Assembly (NCBI GenBank): GCA_963825005.1 | Contig: CAWGRP010000009.1 | Coordinates: forward strand, 24,719-88,718 | Direction of reading: 5' to 3' | Length of the DNA: 64,000 nt | Source of the DNA: an uncultured delta proteobacterium | GTDB lineage: Bacteria; Desulfobacterota; Syntrophorhabdia; Syntrophorhabdales; WCHB1-27 | Position numbers and translations under genes: made by a program | The notes under the pieces: model-generated | Told to the model about the DNA's origin: nothing | Databases searched by the model: none | The model's input: only the letters and a program-made list of their open reading frames with translations | Part shown: in pieces, positions 56,013-64,000 of the stretch | Numbering within the stretch: the stretch's first letter is position 1 | Layout: each line of letters opens with the position of its first letter

Positions 56013-56410
56013 GGTATCACTTCCGTTACCTCCGATAGCCAGTCGATCGCGTCCTCGAAGCTCGTGAACACCTTATAGGTAAATCCCTGGAGATTCAGGG
56101 ACGCTTCAAATTGTTTGGCTATGGAGAGTCGTTTTTCATCCGCCGGAACCACGTTTGCTATTTTTCCTTTGAAAGCGGCCCCGTAGCGCACCATCTCCAC
56201 TGCCAGACGCAATATGTCCCCCATGCTACCCTCAACGTGAACGGTCGTCTCTCTCAGGTCAACAAGGATATTATGGCCCGCATGAAAAGAGGCTGCTACG
56301 GCAAGGTCATGGATGATCTGTATGGAACGGTCGAGGTCTATTTCTCCTGACTCGTTCAGCCGGACGAAGTCTTTAACTTTGTAAATCTTGATGTCGGAAG
56401 CCATATTCAC
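56006..56410 (-). CDS. Hypothetical 134-aa protein, tandem paralog 2
   Basis: About 25 differences from paralog 1 over 134 aa (by eye). They are concentrated at residues 56-66 (RMSGESNMGTV versus TVHVEGSMGDI). Confidence 0.6.
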   Translation of the reverse strand: MNMASDIKIYKVKDFVRLNESGEIDLDRSIQIIHDLAVAASFHAGHNILVDLRETTVHVEGSMGDILRLAVEMVRYGAAFKGKIANVVPADEKRLSIAKQFEASLNLQGFTYKVFTSFEDAIDWLSEVTEVIPQ

Positions 56411-56419
56411 CTACCTTAT

Positions 56420-56572
56420 GAGTGTCGGGTGTCGAGTGTCGAGGTCGAGTGACAGATAAAAAATTACCCAGCCTTCGCTCACCGCATTGCCCTATCTCCC
56501 GCTCTCCGCGTCTCCGTCTCTCACCTTTCGTTCGTCCTTCGACACTCGACACTTGTTACTTGTCACTATCTC
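56420..56572. repeat. Heptamer-word dyad element I (GTGTCGA / TCGACAC)
   Basis: GAGTGTCGGGTGTCGAGTGTCGAGGTCGAGTGACAG, a spacer containing CTCTCCGCGTCTCCGTCTCTC, then CCTTCGACACTCGACACTTGTTACTTGTCAC. Confidence 0.7.
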
Positions 56573-56617
56573 TCCGAAAGCTACACCCATAATCCGTGTC
56601 TCCTTGTCGTCGTCTTT

Positions 56618-58375
56618 TCACGTTTTTTTTCTGCGCAGGGCTGAGTCCGGCGGCGGGTAGTCAAGCGTGTTGTTGATTTCGGCCAACGTTTCAGGCGAGA
56701 AATCGGGAAAGGGTAATTTGCCTTGATCCCGCCACTCGCGGACCTGCGCCATAGCTTCCTGGCTTTTCGCGGCATCGAGGCCTCTATCCCGGGCCACATA
56801 CGTCATCTGGGAGGGAAAAGCAAAGCCGCTGCCGCTCGCCTCGACAATCTCCATCATGCGCAGGAGCAGGTCTTCCTGTATGGGAAGGAAAGATGCGTAA
56901 TCTGTTTCCAGTATATACGCAAAGATCTCCAGGTCGAGTGATGACTTTCCGAATCCTGTGAAGCGCACTCGCGCCGAGGCTGATTCAACTTTCGGATGCG
57001 CATACAACAGCTTTCGGATCTCGGCAAGAATGTACCGGAGCTGTTCTGATGCTGTTTCATACCTTAGCTGTAACGTGTGGTGAAACCAGATCTTGTCCCG
57101 CAGAGTGAAGTTCTCCAGGCTCATAACGGCAAGCTGCCCGTTGGGGACCGACACTACGGTTCGATCGAGTGTCCGGATACGGGTCGAGCGAAGTCCGACG
57201 TCTTCGACCGTGCCCGCGTAGTCGCCTGCCTTGCAGAAATCACCCACACCGATTGGTTGATCCGAAGCGATCATGATTCCGCCAAACAGGTTTTCCAGGG
57301 TCTTCTGTGCGGCAAAAGCCACGGCGATACCGCCGACTCCGAGACCCGTCAGCACCGCAGTGAGGTTGACGTTAGCAAGGTAAAGCATACAAACCCCGCC
57401 GCCGATTACCACAACTATCGTGGATAGTCTCCTCGCAAGCTGCAGCATAGAGATCTTGCTTGATAACGTCATCACCAGCTGCCGCTGTTTCACGCTGAAT
57501 ACGATATCCACGAAACGCATACAGAGCCAGGTCACTCCGACAATAGTGAGTGTTGCCGCCACGTAGGCCCAGAAGACACTGGTCAGGACTGAACGGGAAA
57601 ATAATGAAAGGCACCAGATAGCAACAGCGAAGAGGAGGATGCGGACAGGACCGGATAGGCCTGCCATGTGACGGTCGGCGCGGACACCTACTATCCGGTG
57701 CACCAGCAGCATAAAGAGAGGGGCAAGAAGACGGGTCACCACCGTGGCAAGGCCAAAGCAAAGCGGAATGATCAGAAGAATCGAGAGCCACTGCCATAAA
57801 GGAAACCAGAGAAACCAGGTATTGAGGAGGAACTTCGGCAAGTAGGCCTCGACGGTACGAGCACCCACTTCCTGGTAATACTCCGGAACTTCCTTAAGGG
57901 TTTCAGCGGAGAAAAGCCAGATAGGCGGTCCTTTCCCCAGGCGCACCCGTTCAAGGAGAATATCGAAACTGCCGGATGGGGTCTCCACGGTACCGACCCG
58001 GTTCTGAGATAGCGGGAGGTCCTCTTCCGGCGAGCCTTCCGGCTTATTGCTCAGCAACGGCACTCTACCGGAGAAACCACGTTCCAGAATGGTCTGCAGC
58101 GCCAGGATAAGTTTCTGGGCGGCTATGCCCCTTTTCTTGGTATTGAGATACTGGAGGGCCTGCCCATAGTCTTGCTGCCTGGCCGATTTCATGAATCCGA
58201 GGACAGTGCCCTGAGGCGTGCTGCGCCCGAGCGGATCGCTGACCGTCGGTAGCGGTTCCGCAGGGCCTTGTTCCACTTTTGCTTCCGGCGTTGTCCCTAT
58301 CTTTTCAGCAGCGACTGCGATCGCCGCCGTGAACAGCATCAACAAAAGGGCGAGCATCAGGGCTCGTCTAGCCAT
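56618..58375 (-). CDS. Mechanosensitive channel family protein (MscS-like, large N-terminal periplasmic domain)
   Basis: Signal peptide, about 5 TM segments, and the conserved MscS core IMIASDQPIGVGDFCKAGDYAGTVEDVGLRSTRIRTLDRT. Confidence 0.85.
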   Translation of the reverse strand: MARRALMLALLLMLFTAAIAVAAEKIGTTPEAKVEQGPAEPLPTVSDPLGRSTPQGTVLGFMKSARQQDYGQALQYLNTKKRGIAAQKLILALQTILERGFSGRVPLLSNKPEGSPEEDLPLSQNRVGTVETPSGSFDILLERVRLGKGPPIWLFSAETLKEVPEYYQEVGARTVEAYLPKFLLNTWFLWFPLWQWLSILLIIPLCFGLATVVTRLLAPLFMLLVHRIVGVRADRHMAGLSGPVRILLFAVAIWCLSLFSRSVLTSVFWAYVAATLTIVGVTWLCMRFVDIVFSVKQRQLVMTLSSKISMLQLARRLSTIVVVIGGGVCMLYLANVNLTAVLTGLGVGGIAVAFAAQKTLENLFGGIMIASDQPIGVGDFCKAGDYAGTVEDVGLRSTRIRTLDRTVVSVPNGQLAVMSLENFTLRDKIWFHHTLQLRYETASEQLRYILAEIRKLLYAHPKVESASARVRFTGFGKSSLDLEIFAYILETDYASFLPIQEDLLLRMMEIVEASGSGFAFPSQMTYVARDRGLDAAKSQEAMAQVREWRDQGKLPFPDFSPETLAEINNTLDYPPPDSALRRKKT

Positions 58376-58421
58376 GGTGATTCTCCGAGGTCTTCATTAT
58401 ATAGTGGCAAGGGTCAAAAAA

Positions 58422-58529
58422 AGACGCGGAGAAAGGGAGACGCGGGGAGTCTTCCTTCACCCCATCCCAGTCACTCCGTGTCGACTTATTCTGGTAATCA
58501 TCGGTCAGTAACCCGTGGCCAGTGGCCGG
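58422..58529. repeat. Mixed heptamer-word fragments J
   Basis: AGACGCGGAGAAAGGGAGACGCGGGGA, CAGTCACTCCGTGTCGAC and CCGTGGCCAGTGGCCGG. Three word types are present but there is no clear dyad. Confidence 0.4.
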
Positions 58530-58558
58530 TGTACGAGAGCTGTGGTGAGAGGCCAGTC

Positions 58559-60038
58559 TCATAGCGGATTCAGCCGGAAGAAGTAGTAACCCCACGGCCC
58601 GAGGTCGACGTAGAGTCCCGGATCGTGCATCTCATCACCGCTTCGGTCATAAGTCGTACCAGACAGAGCGTCGGTGAGACGCCACATTTTTCCACGTACC
58701 TCGTCCCAGGGCGCTCGAACGAGGGCTTGGGCGTTGCTATCGCTGAGATTGACTATGATGAGACACCGATCGTCTTTGTGTGCCCATCCCCAGGCTACGG
58801 TGTTCTGGTAGGTCGAATTGTCCGGCCAACCGGTGCGCGTACAGAGAAGCCACTGACCGTCCCGAAAGAGCGATCGCGTCAGTGGCGGCAAGAAGGCGTT
58901 TGTAGAAACCCTGTAAATCTTCATCGGGCGCTTCTGTTGGTCGCCTGGCCAGAAATACGGGCAGCCTCACTTTTCTCCCCTCGAATTGTCCTTCGTGGAA
59001 GAGCTTCGCTCCCGGCACCGTAGCCATAGTGACGGCAGCGGCGCGCTCCTTTTGGGATGAGAAGGTTGCGGCAGCGCGAGGTTCGTCGTGGTTCTCGATG
59101 AAACGCACGAGTCTGTTCTGATACGCACTATCAGCGCAGAGATGCAGCCGGACGCTCTCCGCATTGTCGTGCTCAAGACGATCATAGAGCTTCTTATCGT
59201 AACAGTCGTCGAACCCCTGCTGTTGGAGTTCCCACTCGAGGTCCCAGTACGCCTCCGCCATAAAGATAAAGTCCGGATGGCTTTTCTTGACGGCGGGAAT
59301 AATCTCCGGCCAGTAGTCGGCTGCGGGCCTGCTACCGGCGCGGCTGCCCCATGTGCGCTCGAAAATGGGATTCATGAGAAGCATGGCCATGTCACAACGC
59401 ACGCCATCACTTTGACCTGCAATATCGATGAGCGTCTCGATCACGGCCTGCCTGAGCCCCGGCTTGAAGGCGTTCAGCTGTACCACGTCGGACCACGCCG
59501 CGAAGTAAGGGTCCTTGCCGCACGCAAGAACATTTCCTCCTGCTTCGATGAAAGATGCCGGATCGTTCTTCAGATCGTCGGCATTCCCCTGGACAAAGTA
59601 TTCAGGATGCTCAATGACCCACGGGTGGTCCGGCGCCACATGGTTCGGCACGAAATCGAGAATGAGCTTGAGCCCGCGCCTGGCCAGCTCCTGCCGCGCC
59701 ACAACAAGACCATCGCGCCCTCCGAGGTGTGCATCCACTGCGTAACGTCGCACGCAATACGGAGATCCCACGTTGTCCTCAGGCCTGAAATCAGGTAGGA
59801 CCCGGCGGAAGTCTTCGAGAAGTCCCTTGTTCTCATTTGAGACGGCGATGCCCGCAGGGCTGCGTTCCCAGACGCCCATGAACCAGACCGCGCTCACGCC
59901 GACTTCGGCAATCGCGTCCCACTCAGATGCGGGCACTGTGGCCAGTGTCGTGGAGGTGCCATGCCTTGACTTAATCTCTTCAAGCCAGACCCAGGTGTTA
60001 ATCTCATAGATGACCGGGTTATGCTGCCAAAGGTTCAT
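58559..60038 (-). pseudogene. Alpha-amylase-family (GH13-like) protein, frame broken once
   Basis: GH13 regions LILDFVPNHVA, GVRCDMAM, FMAEAYWD, FIENHDEPR. One extra nucleotide in the TTT run near 58866 joins ...LLAATDAIAL to RDGQWLLCTRTGW... Confidence 0.8.
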
Positions 60039-60048
60039 CGGTTCCTCC

Positions 60049-60687
60049 TCACTTAATCTCCCTCACGAGCGCGCGGGCCGGCGCGCCGTCGGACCCTGCG
60101 ATCTTGAGAGGCAGGCAGATGAGCTGCACTCTGCCGGACTTGACTCGCGCCATGCTCAATCCTTCAATAAGCCAGATGCCGGCCTTGAGCAGTATCTGGT
60201 GAGTCTCCATCCCATCTGTGTGGAATCCTCCCACGGAGAGGTAATCAATGCCGATCAGCCTCACCTGTCGGTCGACAAGATAGCGGGCTGCTTCCGCAGA
60301 AATGTAGACAAAATCTTTCACGAAGCTATCCGTGTTCCAGCAGCGCGCTGAGTTTTTTGTTTTGAAAATGATTCGCTCGCCGCGCCGTATACGGTGAGGC
60401 AACAATTCATTCGTCTTGATCGATGTACGGTCTCGGATAGCAATCACCCGGGCCGCACCGATGGCTGCGTCGAGCGGCATTGTGTCGATCCCGCGGCCAC
60501 CACGCACGAAGTGTGCCGGAGCGTCCATGTGGGTGCCTGAATGCGCTCCCATCTCAAGGAATGACACCGTAGCGGGATCGCCATGGTCCATGTCGCGGCC
60601 GTGCGTAATGCGTACTGGCGGATCAGCCGGCCAGTGGACCATGCCGGTTCTCAGTGTCACAGAGACATCGATCCATGATGAAGCCAT
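60049..60687 (-). CDS. Cyclase-family protein (kynurenine-formamidase-like metal hydrolase)
   Basis: HSGTHMDAPAHF motif of the putative-cyclase family. 212 aa. Confidence 0.75.
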   Translation of the reverse strand: MASSWIDVSVTLRTGMVHWPADPPVRITHGRDMDHGDPATVSFLEMGAHSGTHMDAPAHFVRGGRGIDTMPLDAAIGAARVIAIRDRTSIKTNELLPHRIRRGERIIFKTKNSARCWNTDSFVKDFVYISAEAARYLVDRQVRLIGIDYLSVGGFHTDGMETHQILLKAGIWLIEGLSMARVKSGRVQLICLPLKIAGSDGAPARALVREIK

Positions 60688-60704
60688 GATATTCTCCTCG
60701 CCCT

Positions 60705-63403
<2,699 letters not shown>

Positions 63404-63464
63404 GGCCCATCCTCCTTAGTTCATCTTTTCATCTTAGCCTCAACCTCAACCTCAACCTTGGTTG

Positions 63465-64000
63465 TTAGCTTTTCTTCTCCTGGTCATCAGGAGACTTTGC
63501 CGGCGCCGCATACCACTGCTCTTTCGGGACTATCTTCGGGCGCTCGGGATCAAACCTGTACGAAGGCGACATGATCTGTACGCCGTACTCATTGAAAGCA
63601 TCCTGTATATTCCGATGGAGGTCCGCGTACGTGTAAGCCATGCGCTGCGGATCATCGGTGTAAACGTTCAGCTCGTAGGCCACATAGAAATCGTCAAGTG
63701 AGGTCTGGAGAACAAATGGGGCCGGTTCACGCATCAACCCGGGGGTCCTCTCTGCTGCCATGAGGAGCAGCGCTTCAACCTGACGCCACGGGGTATCATA
63801 TCCAATGGTGACCGAGGTGTGGAGAATAAGACCCTGCGTACGAGCCAGAGAGCTGTAATTGGTTACGTGGCTATTCACGATCATCGAACTCGGCACAACG
63901 ATCTCCTCGTTCTTGATTGTTCGCAAATGAACCACCTGAAGCCTCGTATCAATGACGTCTCCGGTGAAATCGGCGATCTTCACGCGGTCACCCACCTTGA
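63465..64000 (-). CDS. Mechanosensitive channel family protein (3' part; gene starts beyond the right edge)
   Basis: VGDRVKIADFTGDVIDTRLQVVHLRTIKNEEIVVPSS is the MscS beta-domain. The frame is open to the window end. Confidence 0.8.
   Translation of the reverse strand, partial: KVGDRVKIADFTGDVIDTRLQVVHLRTIKNEEIVVPSSMIVNSHVTNYSSLARTQGLILHTSVTIGYDTPWRQVEALLLMAAERTPGLMREPAPFVLQTSLDDFYVAYELNVYTDDPQRMAYTYADLHRNIQDAFNEYGVQIMSPSYRFDPERPKIVPKEQWYAAPAKSPDDQEKKS

Overview
This is a chromosomal window from an anaerobic, fermentative-type bacterium. The taxon cannot be determined from the sequence alone. It holds about 50 genes, almost all on the minus strand.

Left third (1-22.5 kb): an NDH-2 fragment, an MscS channel, two paralogous OmpA-type lipoproteins with poly-Pro linkers, an AI-2E transporter, a sigma-54 response regulator plus hybrid histidine kinase beside a good sigma-54 promoter, a 2-TM K+ channel and an RND efflux operon.

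Middle (22.7-48.6 kb): a 26-kb co-directional run of 16 genes. It covers nearly the whole route from glycogen to acetate: glgP, pgm, glk, glgX, fba, pfk, pta, ackA, por, a DHOD-like gene, a Pat-like GNAT, pyk, gpmA, eno, a ferredoxin and aor.

Right third: an amino-acid binding protein, a six-gene Ech-type [NiFe] hydrogenase, a tandem pair of unknown 134-aa proteins, two more MscS genes, a GH13-like gene, a cyclase-family gene and a GH63-like gene.

The most unusual content is non-coding, and I recognise none of the three families below as a named family:
1. Six same-orientation copies of a ~240-bp highly structured inverted-repeat element. Each fills an intergenic gap of the glycolysis/acetate cluster.
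2. A 20-bp palindrome, TATRGGACY-WW-RGTCCYATA, fused at a fixed register to a -35-like hexamer in eight promoters.
3. About ten intergenic dyad elements whose arms are arrays of heptamer 'words' (GTGTCGA, CCAGTGG, GGTCACT, CAGTAAT, GGAGACG) and their complements.

Separately, about 25 reading-frame breaks interrupt 12 otherwise well-conserved genes. Almost all are explained by a single extra nucleotide, and they are often in tight pairs. I read this as consensus error rather than true decay, but it needs checking.

No rRNA, tRNA, CRISPR array, transposase or phage gene was seen.
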